Shown here in pieces: positions 28,780 to 38,613 of a DNA stretch of 64,000 bases. Under the pieces are notes generated by a model. The model made no database searches. It was not told the DNA's origin and was given only the letters and a program-made list of their open reading frames with translations. This DNA is from Candidatus Latescibacterota bacterium. Lineage in GTDB: Bacteria; Latescibacterota; UBA2968; UBA8231. The DNA is taken from NCBI GenBank assembly GCA_965200315.1, contig OZ241362.1, positions 4,160,001 to 4,224,000 on the forward strand, in the 5' to 3' direction. A program made the position numbers and the translations under genes. Position 1 is the stretch's first letter, and the number at the start of each line of letters is the position of its first letter.

Positions 28780-30793
28780 CCAGTGGTGCCCTTCCGAGAC
28801 GCTCCACCAGAGCAGTCGCGGCCCCCATTACTTTTTTGCGAGGGTCGTCACTCTGCTCCCCCCGAGTGGGAATGAACCGAGCAAAATGACGCCGCCACTC
28901 TTTGACCAAGCGCACGTTGAGCTGCTCACTCCCCTTATCTCTTTCGTTAATCGGGATCGTGAAAGTGCTGACATCTATTGGCGACCGAACGTACCACGTC
29001 ATCTTTTGGACTTCTGGCTTGTCCGTAAACTCCTTGATCTCTTGATCGAGGGTTCGCGATGTAAGATGGACTACCTGTTCTCCATCTTCTTCGCAGACTA
29101 TGTAGCGGCTGAGAATATTCGTTGCCCGGCGCAGAAACGACTCTGTTACAGAATGACGTTTGCCGTCTGGATCCACGACCTCAATTGTCGCACCGATGTC
29201 GCGGTATATCAGGGTGCTTGAGAGTAGAGCTTCGACCCAACGCTTATGTGGCTGGGAACTTAGTGGCAGGTTGTCGTTCACCACATCCACCGAACATATC
29301 TCCCCGATCTTGGCCTCCACGAATCGGACAACATTCGGTGAGATTTCTTGCAAACGTGCATTCGCTCCCCTCTGAACGATCATTTTCTTCCGTCGAATTG
29401 CAACGATGAACAAGGCTGCCCAAAAAATCCCCCGCCAAGAAGCACGTCGATAGAAGTCCACCGTCGAACCATCAGTCGTCAAGTTTGTCTCGGCTTCCTT
29501 TCTAGTCGGCTGAAGACGGCGCTGCACGCCCCGGAGGATCTTCGCCGTGAAAGTCTGTATATCCAACTCCTCATGGTCTTCAATGACCTTTGCTATGATT
29601 TGGGTCCAGGCGTGGCGATTGCGTCGGTCTTCGGACAACGACACGATGACTTGCCCATTATCCACACCACGTGAGACTCGCCCGATGCGCTGCATAAAGC
29701 TCGCAAGCTCGAAACCGGGTTCCATGAACATGAGATTACTGCGGAAGGTGACGCCGACTTCGACCGAAGACGTACACAACAGCACGTCGTACTTGCGGGG
29801 ATCTGCATAACGGCGTCCGCGGCGAGGTTCGCCCGGATTTCGCTTTGAATCGTCGATGGAGTTAATCGTAAGAATTCTCTGGTTTTGAACTCCGATCTCA
29901 GATAGAGCCTTCTTTATAGCCATAGCCGGCTCATCCTGTTTGAGCCGCTTCAAGGAATCGTATATGACGATGACGGCTTGGTGTTGGGCGATTGAGTTGC
30001 GTACTGCGTCGATGCTCATGCGTACTGATTCGGTCAGGGAGCACTCGCGCAGGTTGAGTGACACATCACCGTGGATGGAGCGATGTTCCGGCGGATGACC
30101 GGCGACGATCTTCTCAGAAATCTGCTCTACCTCTCCGACTTCAACGCCCATTCGTTCCAGAACCTTAGTCACATCAACTGGGGTCGCTGACAGAAGCGAG
30201 ACCTTTCCCCGTCGTTCCGCTACGGCCATCAACGAGAACAGGCAAGCCAAACCGAAAGATCGATCGTCGATGGTATGGAACTCGTCAAAGACGATGTGGT
30301 CAAAGTAGCGCAAATAAGTAAAAGGGTTGACTGTACTCGCTCCCGTAATGCGGATGCCGGAGATCATCGTGACGACCACTTCGGGGATAGCGAAAATGAC
30401 GCGGCCACCCGACAGCACATCGCCGTTGAGGAACTGCCGGACTCGCGTAGCAGCAAGGCTCTCGGTTCCATCACTCTCTTGGTTACCCGACCACTCGACA
30501 ATCTGCTCGTCAATCCAAGCCTTGACCTGAGAATCGCCCCACCCGCGCGCACGAAGCTGCTCCTGCGCCTGCTCGCGGGCATCGTTGATCAGATTTTGCA
30601 ACAGTCGTTTGGTAGGAACGATAAAGAGCACGTGCGCCCCCTTGTCGAGTACCGCCCGCATGAATGCATAGGATTTCCCGGATCCCGTCGGCGCAGATAC
30701 GAGGCGCACGAACTTGTCGGAGCGGAGCAGACGTTCCTGCATCGGTGACAGGCCGCTTGCCATTATCGGCACGGAGTGCGCTCGGATAATCAT
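28736..30793 (-). CDS. cas3: type I-D Cas3' helicase (no HD domain)
   Basis: APTGSGKS, DEFH, LSATP, TSSVEVG and QRIGRVSR SF2 motifs; helicase starts at the N-terminus, with no HD domain. Confidence 0.88.
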   Translation of the reverse strand: MIIRAHSVPIMASGLSPMQERLLRSDKFVRLVSAPTGSGKSYAFMRAVLDKGAHVLFIVPTKRLLQNLINDAREQAQEQLRARGWGDSQVKAWIDEQIVEWSGNQESDGTESLAATRVRQFLNGDVLSGGRVIFAIPEVVVTMISGIRITGASTVNPFTYLRYFDHIVFDEFHTIDDRSFGLACLFSLMAVAERRGKVSLLSATPVDVTKVLERMGVEVGEVEQISEKIVAGHPPEHRSIHGDVSLNLRECSLTESVRMSIDAVRNSIAQHQAVIVIYDSLKRLKQDEPAMAIKKALSEIGVQNQRILTINSIDDSKRNPGEPRRGRRYADPRKYDVLLCTSSVEVGVTFRSNLMFMEPGFELASFMQRIGRVSRGVDNGQVIVSLSEDRRNRHAWTQIIAKVIEDHEELDIQTFTAKILRGVQRRLQPTRKEAETNLTTDGSTVDFYRRASWRGIFWAALFIVAIRRKKMIVQRGANARLQEISPNVVRFVEAKIGEICSVDVVNDNLPLSSQPHKRWVEALLSSTLIYRDIGATIEVVDPDGKRHSVTESFLRRATNILSRYIVCEEDGEQVVHLTSRTLDQEIKEFTDKPEVQKMTWYVRSPIDVSTFTIPINERDKGSEQLNVRLVKEWRRHFARFIPTRGEQSDDPRKKVMGAATALVERLGRAPLDEDYRDSTESAMFA

Positions 30794-31464
30794 CGGGGTT
30801 CTCCTTTGGACCAGTTGGCGGTGAGCCGCAGGGCCTCGTCGAGTTTGAGGGGTCGGCTGGGTTGAATCGTATGGAGGAGGTACGGTCCCGCTTCGAGATT
30901 GACGGCCGGGTCAAATAGGCGTGCCGTGTGCAGATTGAGATGGATATCGTGCTGTGATTTGCAGGGTTCGAGAAGACCGACACCCGTGCGGCCAAGCCCA
31001 AGCCTGACGACGAGTTGATTGGGCTGCTCTCCATAGGCGTCGCGTGCAATACGAAGCGGATCGGCGTGTAGAAAGCAGCCATAAAAGACCGAATCCACGG
31101 CAACCTCTTGGATGTGGTAGTAATCTTTGATGTTGCCGCTCTTGCGGGCATTGTGGACGCTCTTCGGCATGCCGCACTCCATGTCCAAGTTGAGGCGACG
31201 CGCCAACGGACGGTTGAGCCGATTGTTGGCCCCCAGAAACAGCGACGTCTTGAATGGCAGAGCGGCCAGATGGTTGCGATAGTCAGGTTCTGTCGGCAAG
31301 CAAGGCGAACGCGGCGTCATGCCGAGCGCGGCCGCCGCCGCGAATGCCATTGCCGTATCGGTCACTAGGTCGTTGAGCGTCGCGGTGCCCGAAGGTACGG
31401 CGAGTCCATGCCATGCCCAGGGCGTCAGCGCGGTTAGTTGGTACGTGTAAACTGCTCCCACCAC
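30790..31464 (-). CDS. csc1: type I-D Cas5 (Csc1)
   Basis: 224-aa RAMP-like protein with VRLGLGRTG glycine loop, between csc2 and cas3. Confidence 0.7.
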   Translation of the reverse strand: MVGAVYTYQLTALTPWAWHGLAVPSGTATLNDLVTDTAMAFAAAAALGMTPRSPCLPTEPDYRNHLAALPFKTSLFLGANNRLNRPLARRLNLDMECGMPKSVHNARKSGNIKDYYHIQEVAVDSVFYGCFLHADPLRIARDAYGEQPNQLVVRLGLGRTGVGLLEPCKSQHDIHLNLHTARLFDPAVNLEAGPYLLHTIQPSRPLKLDEALRLTANWSKGEPR

Positions 31465-31467
31465 GGG

Positions 31468-32460
31468 TCACGCCTTCTTGGATGTGAAGTGCTGCTCAAA
31501 CAGATCGGCGATTTTCGGGGCGGCTTCCTCGTACCTCCTCCGCAGATCGGGATCGTCCTCCTCGAACGCCTGCACAAGTTGCTGCTGGTAGGCGGACGCT
31601 TCAGACGTATCCGCATGGACTCGGTAATGTCCTGACATTGTTTGCATCACAGCAGATACGATTTCCTCGACCGAGTTGCTTTGGGGGAGCGACCGCAACA
31701 GCTCGTAAGGCGAGGACATTGGAGTCTCAAGGCGAGCGGCGAACATCCCAGCAATATGGGTTCGCACATTGACGCCGGTGACCGAGGTTTGCCCTCCGTA
31801 GGAGCCAGCAAGGCCAAGGCTGAGTAGCAGGTGATCCAAGCCAATCGGCGGAAGCTGTCGGCCATTACTGGTTAGAAGCTGTATCAGAAGAGTACCGGGA
31901 AGGACGAAGTGCCGGGTGAAAAGATTTTCGCTATTCTTCTTTCCCTCAGCGTCCCACAGGGTTCCGGTTTCATCCCCGCGGTGGTGGAAGCTCTCACCTA
32001 CGCTGTCGCGGTACGGCGAAGTACTCAGTGCATCGGAGTATTGCACTGCGGCCTTGATCGGCAAAACTTGGGTTCCCTGCATAGCAGAATCCCCGAACAC
32101 CAACGTGTTGAGGTCTAGTGCTTCGCGAATCGGCATCCGGCCGCCGACTGCGGTGCGGTTCTGTGGCAACCTCCCGCCCGCGTTCCACGCCCGTAGCACC
32201 AGCAGCCCACGCCCCCGCTCACCGAACTTGAACTTACTCGGTGTCGCCCGGACGCGGCGCACACCGTCGCGATCCTCGATGTCCGTGATCTCCTCTTCGG
32301 CATTGCGGAATACTGTGGGGGCTACGATTTCGCGGATCACGGCGACGGCTATATGTCCCGCGTTGCGGCGCGTCGGCATCAGATAGGTGTCCTTGCCGTT
32401 GGCCGCCACTACTTCCTCAACTAGGTCGCCATCGTTGAGATACTTCATGAACTTGTCCAT
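31468..32460 (-). CDS. csc2: type I-D Cas7 (Csc2)
   Basis: REIVAPTVFR, PSKFKFGER, LVFGDSA, YSDALS, FVLPGT and YGGQTS Csc2-type motifs; AAGGAGG 8 nt before ATG 32460. Confidence 0.85.
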   Translation of the reverse strand: MDKFMKYLNDGDLVEEVVAANGKDTYLMPTRRNAGHIAVAVIREIVAPTVFRNAEEEITDIEDRDGVRRVRATPSKFKFGERGRGLLVLRAWNAGGRLPQNRTAVGGRMPIREALDLNTLVFGDSAMQGTQVLPIKAAVQYSDALSTSPYRDSVGESFHHRGDETGTLWDAEGKKNSENLFTRHFVLPGTLLIQLLTSNGRQLPPIGLDHLLLSLGLAGSYGGQTSVTGVNVRTHIAGMFAARLETPMSSPYELLRSLPQSNSVEEIVSAVMQTMSGHYRVHADTSEASAYQQQLVQAFEEDDPDLRRRYEEAAPKIADLFEQHFTSKKA

Positions 32461-32494
32461 CAACATTGCCTCCTTAGCATTTTGGTTGGACATG

Positions 32495-32956
32495 TCAGAC
32501 TTCTTGGGTTTCATCGTCAGTTGGTGCGCCGTTTTCCGCTTCGGGGATACCGCGCTCGCGGTAAGCCTCCAGCAAGGCAAAACGGTAGATCGCCGCTGCG
32601 CGCCGCTTCTCCTGCGAGGTCGGCTCTTTCGATTTGAAGACATTCCGCCAGACTTCGCACGCGAAATGGGTTGCGAATTCGATGCAGGCTTGGTCGAGAG
32701 GTTGACCGTCGCGATGCTTTTTTGCAGCAGCATTGCCCTTGCGCGTTAGCTCTTCCTCAAGCGTACCGGCAAGTCCCAGAATCAGGGCGGTCTTATCCCG
32801 GGATGTCGAACCGAGCGCACTGGGGTAGAATTCCAGCGCGGTCTTCCAACAGAGAAGCTGCTTGTTGGCTGAAGCACCGATGCCGATGCGCTTCTGGATT
32901 CGCGTCGCTAGCCATGCTAGTCGAATCAGGGGCTCCTGATTGTCTTTCAGATTCAC
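32495..32956 (-). CDS. cas11d: putative Cas11d small subunit translated internally from cas10d (153 aa)
   Basis: GGAGGTG SD followed 5 nt later by an in-frame GTG (codons GGEQV) in the 3' part of cas10d. Confidence 0.7.
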   Translation of the reverse strand: MNLKDNQEPLIRLAWLATRIQKRIGIGASANKQLLCWKTALEFYPSALGSTSRDKTALILGLAGTLEEELTRKGNAAAKKHRDGQPLDQACIEFATHFACEVWRNVFKSKEPTSQEKRRAAAIYRFALLEAYRERGIPEAENGAPTDDETQEV

Positions 32957-35440
32957 TTGTTCACCTCCAGTTTTTCTGATGTGTGCGAGCGCCTGCTCGC
33001 GTGTTTTCTCCTCAATCAGCGACCACGCTTGGTCTTTATTGCCGCCATGGCCGAGCCGATCGACGGCAAGTGCCCAAGCCACACAGAGTGCGCCGAGTTT
33101 AGTCGTTGGATCGGCAAGTTGCTTGGCCCATTCGATTCCCAAACCGGGTGCTTCAGCCATCTTCTCGAAGAGTTCTAGCTTAGACAGAGCATCGGGAAGT
33201 TGCTCAATGCGTAGGGAGTCTCCGCAGAGCAGTCGCTCCAACCACGCAGGCAGCGCATCAGAATAGAAAATTGCCGGATGCCTGCGTGGGGCACCGCGAA
33301 AGATGTGGATCGGACGCCCGAGGCGTCTGATGGCCTTGAGGACCATGTGAAGCCGGATCACTAGTTCCTTATCTGTATTGGGGAGAGTCTCCAGCCGGGC
33401 CACCCGAATACGCTGCGTCTGACAATCTAGCCCGTGGTAAACCGAGCCTTTCTTGATTTCTAGCCGATTGAGGTCGTGCAGCCCCATGGACTTGTCAGCA
33501 GCCTCGCGCTCAAAGGCCAACCCGCCGAAGAGCCCCATACTTACCGGAGAGGAGACAAGCGGCGGCAATTTGTTTTCCCGGAACTCGTCCTGCGCATTTT
33601 GGCGCAGTTGCAACTCGGCGAGGCAGACCGGACACAGATGGGTATCACCGGTATTACTGGATGGAGATGCCAAGTGGTCGTTGCGTCCGTCGCGCCCGGA
33701 AAACGCCGACGCCTTGATGCCGTGTGCCCGGGATGCGGTGTTAACTTTGCGCTCACTGCTGACCGGTTCATTGCACAGGATACAGCACTTCGGAGCGTTC
33801 TCGCCGTCGAATGGCATCGCCGGATGTCCTGATAGGTACGCCTCAAAACGTTGGCTCAGTGCTTTCACGATGGCACTTGAAACGTCCTCAATTTGGCATG
33901 AGAGCCCGGTGCGGCTGTCGTCTCCCTCCAACCAAAGCCCAACCCGACCGTCCCGGCCGAGGATGGCGTCCCGCAACTCCTGCCCGCTATCAGGATCTTC
34001 CTCGGCAAGTTGCCAGATCTCGCCGATCGCCCAAAGCGCGAGGAGAACGCAATATGCGCGTCTGTCTTTCTCTGCGGACTCAACAACCGGCGGGGGTTTC
34101 TTGCCCTTAGTTTGCATGAGACACAACAGTTCCTGCGCCCGAGCATGAGTGTCCGGCGCGGCCCCTTTGAGCTTGCTGTCGGTGTGATTGAGAGTGATCA
34201 CGAGAAACGCCAGCGCATGAGCGGGTTCCATATCCAAATCGCCGCCGTCTCCTTCTGGGTGATTGAGCGCCGGCTTTACGGTCGCTGCATCGGCACTCCC
34301 GTCGAAAGAACTCCAAGAAGTCGTCATGCCAGCCGCGTTGAACAGCATATTGATCTCTGCTAGGTGGTCGCGGGCAAATGGTTTTGGAAGCGCCAATAGA
34401 TTGATGAACTTGCTGTCCCAGTTTCCCTTGGGATCCATAACATCTCGACACGCCTTCCACGACGCTTCGCCTCCGACGAATTTGCACGCTAGGCGATTAT
34501 TGACCGCGAAGCGCAACCCATAGGGAAGATCGCCGAGAAAGCTGTCGAGGGCCTTCTTCTTGACGTCATCTGCATATTCTCGCGGGATAACGCACAGGAG
34601 TCTTCCATCGTGGACGATCTCAATCAGGGGCAGACGGCCTGTGAGCGTTTTGCAGGTTGTAGAGAGCGCACGCTGAAAGTGATCTAATAGAAAGGCATGG
34701 AGGTGGTCGTGGATTTCCACCTTCTCCCACTGCTTCAATCCGCCATCCTGAAGCACGGGCCAACGTTCGAGAAGGGAGAGTACACCATTGACACCTTCTG
34801 TGCTCGTGAACTGCCCTTCTAGCTTATCGGCCAACTCAACATAGCGGCAGGTCTTGGCGATTCCTCGGTCGTAGTCAGGGGCAAGGGGACTTTTATCCGC
34901 TTGGGTTCCTTCTACTTCCTCTATATAGTTGAGCATTGCAGCGGGTGAAATGTGGATGCGACGCTTCGCCAAGAACTGGCCAATCCCGTAGCGGCGCATT
35001 CGCTCCTCTACATCAGCAACATCAATTTCCTCTCCACGCGGCAATCCCAGGTCTTTATCGACGTCGTGCAGGAAGGCAATGCAGACGACCGCATAGGCAA
35101 GCCGTTCGATCTCTGCGAGGTTCGCTTCGCTCGACCAAGAACGCGGAGCGTCGGCAAGCCAGAACATCAGCGAGCCGCGGGCCACAGAAAGCAGATGATC
35201 CAGCAAGCTGATGTTGTCGTTTTGTTCCCAGCGTTCCGCCAATGCCGGATCCGGCGACCATCCTCCCTTGCCGCTGATGGTCACCAAACGTACGGGTCGT
35301 CCGTCAATTTTCCCGGCTGATTCTTTTCCCTTGGGACCGTCGCGATCATCGATAACTTGACGCTCGATACACTCGTCGAGGAACGCGCCGTACACCTTAA
35401 CGGCCTTTCGGTGCGCGAAGTCTTGAGATAGACCACTCAT
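32495..35440 (-). CDS. cas10d: type I-D Cas10d (Csc3) with N-terminal HD nuclease
   Basis: 981 aa; LLDHLL...FLHDVDK...LADK HD motifs; CxxC...CxxC zinc finger (CILC, CPVC); start overlaps the cas6 stop. Confidence 0.82.
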   Translation of the reverse strand: MSGLSQDFAHRKAVKVYGAFLDECIERQVIDDRDGPKGKESAGKIDGRPVRLVTISGKGGWSPDPALAERWEQNDNISLLDHLLSVARGSLMFWLADAPRSWSSEANLAEIERLAYAVVCIAFLHDVDKDLGLPRGEEIDVADVEERMRRYGIGQFLAKRRIHISPAAMLNYIEEVEGTQADKSPLAPDYDRGIAKTCRYVELADKLEGQFTSTEGVNGVLSLLERWPVLQDGGLKQWEKVEIHDHLHAFLLDHFQRALSTTCKTLTGRLPLIEIVHDGRLLCVIPREYADDVKKKALDSFLGDLPYGLRFAVNNRLACKFVGGEASWKACRDVMDPKGNWDSKFINLLALPKPFARDHLAEINMLFNAAGMTTSWSSFDGSADAATVKPALNHPEGDGGDLDMEPAHALAFLVITLNHTDSKLKGAAPDTHARAQELLCLMQTKGKKPPPVVESAEKDRRAYCVLLALWAIGEIWQLAEEDPDSGQELRDAILGRDGRVGLWLEGDDSRTGLSCQIEDVSSAIVKALSQRFEAYLSGHPAMPFDGENAPKCCILCNEPVSSERKVNTASRAHGIKASAFSGRDGRNDHLASPSSNTGDTHLCPVCLAELQLRQNAQDEFRENKLPPLVSSPVSMGLFGGLAFEREAADKSMGLHDLNRLEIKKGSVYHGLDCQTQRIRVARLETLPNTDKELVIRLHMVLKAIRRLGRPIHIFRGAPRRHPAIFYSDALPAWLERLLCGDSLRIEQLPDALSKLELFEKMAEAPGLGIEWAKQLADPTTKLGALCVAWALAVDRLGHGGNKDQAWSLIEEKTREQALAHIRKTGGEQVNLKDNQEPLIRLAWLATRIQKRIGIGASANKQLLCWKTALEFYPSALGSTSRDKTALILGLAGTLEEELTRKGNAAAKKHRDGQPLDQACIEFATHFACEVWRNVFKSKEPTSQEKRRAAAIYRFALLEAYRERGIPEAENGAPTDDETQEV

Positions 35441-36165
35441 ATAAGCCCCCTTGCGTATCCGATGCAGCCGAAGCCGTAGCGATTTTTCTCCCCAATCCCG
35501 AGAGTCCAAGCAGAACCTAGGTCTTCAAATGAGCCGCTGATGGCCAAAGGGCACACCATTCCGATGACAAACGCTGGCTTACTGCCGGAGATTTTGCGCG
35601 TATGAACCAACGTGGAATGCTTGGGATTAGCGCGGAGATACAACCTATCGGGCTCGACCCTCAATTTCACGTCGCGTCCGGTCAAACGGGAAAGGCGAAA
35701 GTTGACGGCTTCCTGTAAATCAGCCCCAGCCTTTGTCAGGTCATCGTGCCAACGCCCCTTTTGGCCGCGCACCGAAAGGGCAAGCGGCGAGAGCATAATC
35801 GTTGGCAGTGTCGCCGTTTCTCCTAGTCCGCAGACAACAGGAAGTTCCTCAAGTACCTTGTCCCAAGCCGACAAGTCTATTACGTCGCCGTTGGTTGCCG
35901 TCTTACGGACTGCCTCGGGAAGTAGGTGTTTAAGCACGGGCTCAAGCGGCCCCCCCTCGGCCCCGATCACTAGGGATTTCAGGAGGAACCCCTTGGAGGT
36001 GGCTGTCCCCACTGCGCCAAAGGACCAGTTGCCGGCATCGTGCCCGACCACATCCGTTCCTTGCGCTCCGCACGTAGTCCAAGCGTTGACGAGCGCACCA
36101 TGCAGGCTATCCAGAACGCGTACTCTCACATATTCTCCATGTGGAGCCAAAAGTTTTATTCTCAT
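35437..36165 (-). CDS. cas6: CRISPR-associated endoribonuclease Cas6
   Basis: C-terminal glycine loop LGIGEKNRYGFG; GGAGGA RBS. Confidence 0.88.
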   Translation of the reverse strand: MRIKLLAPHGEYVRVRVLDSLHGALVNAWTTCGAQGTDVVGHDAGNWSFGAVGTATSKGFLLKSLVIGAEGGPLEPVLKHLLPEAVRKTATNGDVIDLSAWDKVLEELPVVCGLGETATLPTIMLSPLALSVRGQKGRWHDDLTKAGADLQEAVNFRLSRLTGRDVKLRVEPDRLYLRANPKHSTLVHTRKISGSKPAFVIGMVCPLAISGSFEDLGSAWTLGIGEKNRYGFGCIGYARGLI

Positions 36166-36194
36166 GCTTGTATCCTCCAATCTTTGCGTTAATT

Positions 36195-36250
36195 ATAATC
36201 ATATCATAATCATATCTAAAAATTCAGGTAACTTGCAAATTTTGCAGGTA
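36195..36250. promoter_or_regulatory. divergent promoter region with candidate WYL operator
   Basis: ATAATCATATC tandem x2 (36195-36216); TGCAAA-T-TTTGCA palindrome (36234-36246) bracketed by CAGGTA x2. Confidence 0.5.
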
Positions 36251-36261
36251 TTTCATACAAT

Positions 36262-37104
36262 ATGATAATGAAGAAACTGGAAGACGAGATTGCCCTGCGC
36301 TTCGCCGAAACAATGCTGTATTGGCGGGGGCACTTGCGAGCGAAAGAAGTTCAGGACTTTCTGGGCGTGTCCGAGCGTACAGCGCGCAACCTGATTTCAA
36401 AGTGGCGACGCTTTGATGGAATGTTACCGGCCTATCGGCCCAGTGCCGAGCGTTGCCTCGTCCCGATAGAGGAATTCGATCCTAACTCTGCCGTGACCAA
36501 CCCCAACATCGCGTTGTCCCTGCTACTAGTGGCAGATTGCCTTCCCGGGAATCCGTTTTCGCCGGTTGCCCCTCTCGGTGGTGGGCACGATACGGCGATC
36601 TCGGCTCCGATCAAGTCCAGAGCCTCTCGTGAATTACTTGCCGCATGTCTGGACCGCCAGCCTGTCCGGTTATTCTATGCCGCTAAAAAGGGCCGCCGAG
36701 AATTTGTCTTCCATCCATCCGCCCTCATTCGCTCTCGCGGGCGCTATCATCTGCGAGGTTACTGCACCAAAGAGCGAAATGCTGCCGGCGAATCGTTAGA
36801 TGGCCTCTACATTGACGTAGTCCCGGCCCGCGCCATTGAATCTCAGCGCTTAGATCAAAGCCCCTTCATTGGGCTAGAGGATGACGTTGACTGGAATACA
36901 TCTGAAGAACAGGAATTCCACCTGTCGTCCGATCTCACTGAAGATGAACGGCTGTGCTATGAACATGAGTACGGCATCGCCGACAGTGGCGTCCTCAAGC
37001 TCGAGAAAAGACGTGCGTTGATGCCCTATGTGCTACAGGAGTTATCGGAGCGTAGGTGTTGGCGCCGCGATGGCACCTCAGTGCCGATCTGGGAAGGATT
37101 GTAG
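36262..37104 (+). CDS. WYL-domain transcriptional regulator (wHTH-WYL-WCX-like)
   Basis: LRFAETMLYWRG...FLGVSERTA HTH; R.FHPSAL...GRYHLRGYC WYL domain; EYG...RRALMPY tail. Confidence 0.88.
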   Translation: MIMKKLEDEIALRFAETMLYWRGHLRAKEVQDFLGVSERTARNLISKWRRFDGMLPAYRPSAERCLVPIEEFDPNSAVTNPNIALSLLLVADCLPGNPFSPVAPLGGGHDTAISAPIKSRASRELLAACLDRQPVRLFYAAKKGRREFVFHPSALIRSRGRYHLRGYCTKERNAAGESLDGLYIDVVPARAIESQRLDQSPFIGLEDDVDWNTSEEQEFHLSSDLTEDERLCYEHEYGIADSGVLKLEKRRALMPYVLQELSERRCWRRDGTSVPIWEGL

Positions 37105-37311
37105 CCTCAAAGGAGGAGGAAAGATACAAACGGCGATCAGCTTGTCCACTAAGCAGGCTATCAGCCTCGCCGAATATCAGCCTCGCCGAGACGAGGCGCT
37201 CGAATGAGATCCCTCGCTGCTTGGTTAGCGAGCTGTTGGTTTTTCTCTGTGTTCCAGTCGAAGCTGCTCATGTACGCTAATTATCACACTTGTCAACAGG
37301 TCTCTAGCTGC

Positions 37312-38499
37312 TCACGGCCCGTAGTTAATCCGCCACTTGCGCAAATCCGGCCGGTGCGCTCGTTTTCGCTCCAGCTCGTAGGCATAGATAACCCGGCCTA
37401 GTTCGGCCAAAAACGGCAGCCCTACCTCGTCGTACTCGTAGGCCCCGTCGTTAAAGATGCCGTTCTCGTTTACCAACACCACGGCCGTCAGCAAAAACTC
37501 GACCCCGCGCTCAAAATCGACGATATAGGCGTTGTCCGTCACATATCCGTATGCCAACCCCACTTTGTTGAATATCCGCACTGAGTCCGGCATGGGGGCC
37601 TTGCTGTCGCCGAACAGGAAGAATTTTACATAGCTGTCGTAGTATTTTTCCGGGTCGTATTGGGGGTAAGGGCACTCGCGCGGCAACATGGACATGGCGC
37701 GGTAGAGGAAACGGTAGTCGTCGGGCCGCAGGTCGAAGCGCCGTTTGGCGGACCGTTCCTCGGGGAAAAACACCGCCCTGAGCAGGTCTTGCAACACCTC
37801 CACCGACATGTAATTCGACCCGGCGAAATCCTTGGGCGCGGCTACCAATGCCCCGTCTTGGATGTGTCCCTTGCCCTTGGGAATCGGCGCGGGTGCGCGC
37901 CACGTATGCGGATTGACCAGCATGGGCTGCCGGTGGAGGACTTGGTCTCCCCGGTAGAACGTCAGCGGATTTGTATGGCGGTTTTCCTCGGGCGAGTGTG
38001 CGATGGCGAGCCGATGCGTCAAGCGCACATCTCGGTAGCCCTTCTCCCACAGCCCTTCGTTCAGCCGCTGCTGCCCCACAAACTCGTAGAGCCGGTTGTA
38101 CGCGTCGTTGTCGCTGACGGCGAAGAGCTTGCGGATGTAGTGGGCGATGGTGGGCAGCCCATCCGGTGCAGTCGGATCTTCGCGCACTGCGGTCTGGCCG
38201 CTGTACGCGCTGTCGATGCGGACAGGCGTATGCCGGTCCACGCCCGCGATCTTCAGTTGATTGAGCTTCTCCAACGCCAGCAGGGCACCGGCTAGCTTGA
38301 TTGTGCTCGCTGGATAAAAATAATCCTGCGGATTGACTCGGTATTCGTGTTGGGTGAAATGCGGCCGGTTGTCGTCGTCGCGGTCGATTTGCGTATAGAG
38401 GATCTGCACTTCGTGCTTGGCTGCGGCCGCGAGCACGGGTGCGCAGATGGGATTGGGGCGCAACAAAGATTCGAGCAAGATTTCTCCGTCGCCGAGCAC
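37312..38499 (-). CDS. serine hydrolase (class A beta-lactamase-related)
   Basis: FYPASTIK (SxxK), SDN and NKVG motifs; the true start may lie slightly upstream (open frame with a signal-like stretch). Confidence 0.85.
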   Translation of the reverse strand: MLGDGEILLESLLRPNPICAPVLAAAAKHEVQILYTQIDRDDDNRPHFTQHEYRVNPQDYFYPASTIKLAGALLALEKLNQLKIAGVDRHTPVRIDSAYSGQTAVREDPTAPDGLPTIAHYIRKLFAVSDNDAYNRLYEFVGQQRLNEGLWEKGYRDVRLTHRLAIAHSPEENRHTNPLTFYRGDQVLHRQPMLVNPHTWRAPAPIPKGKGHIQDGALVAAPKDFAGSNYMSVEVLQDLLRAVFFPEERSAKRRFDLRPDDYRFLYRAMSMLPRECPYPQYDPEKYYDSYVKFFLFGDSKAPMPDSVRIFNKVGLAYGYVTDNAYIVDFERGVEFLLTAVVLVNENGIFNDGAYEYDEVGLPFLAELGRVIYAYELERKRAHRPDLRKWRINYGP

Positions 38500-38613
38500 C
38501 GCAGCCGGATAGATGAAGGTAGCAAAAACCGCGACGCCCGCGTTGACTCCATGTTTAGGCAGGTGCGATCCCGTGTAAAAACGCTTAGGATCGGCGCATT
38601 TGCGTCCAGAGGT

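Noticed and set aside
32495-35440. Type III Cas10 or a Cas3-HD/Cas8 fusion
   Set aside because: No GGDD palm motif and no csm/cmr genes; adjacent Csc2 and an HD-less Cas3' fit type I-D.
37158-37190. TATCAGCCTCGCCGA tandem duplication downstream of the WYL gene
   Set aside because: Two short copies only, with no spacer structure or match to either CRISPR repeat.
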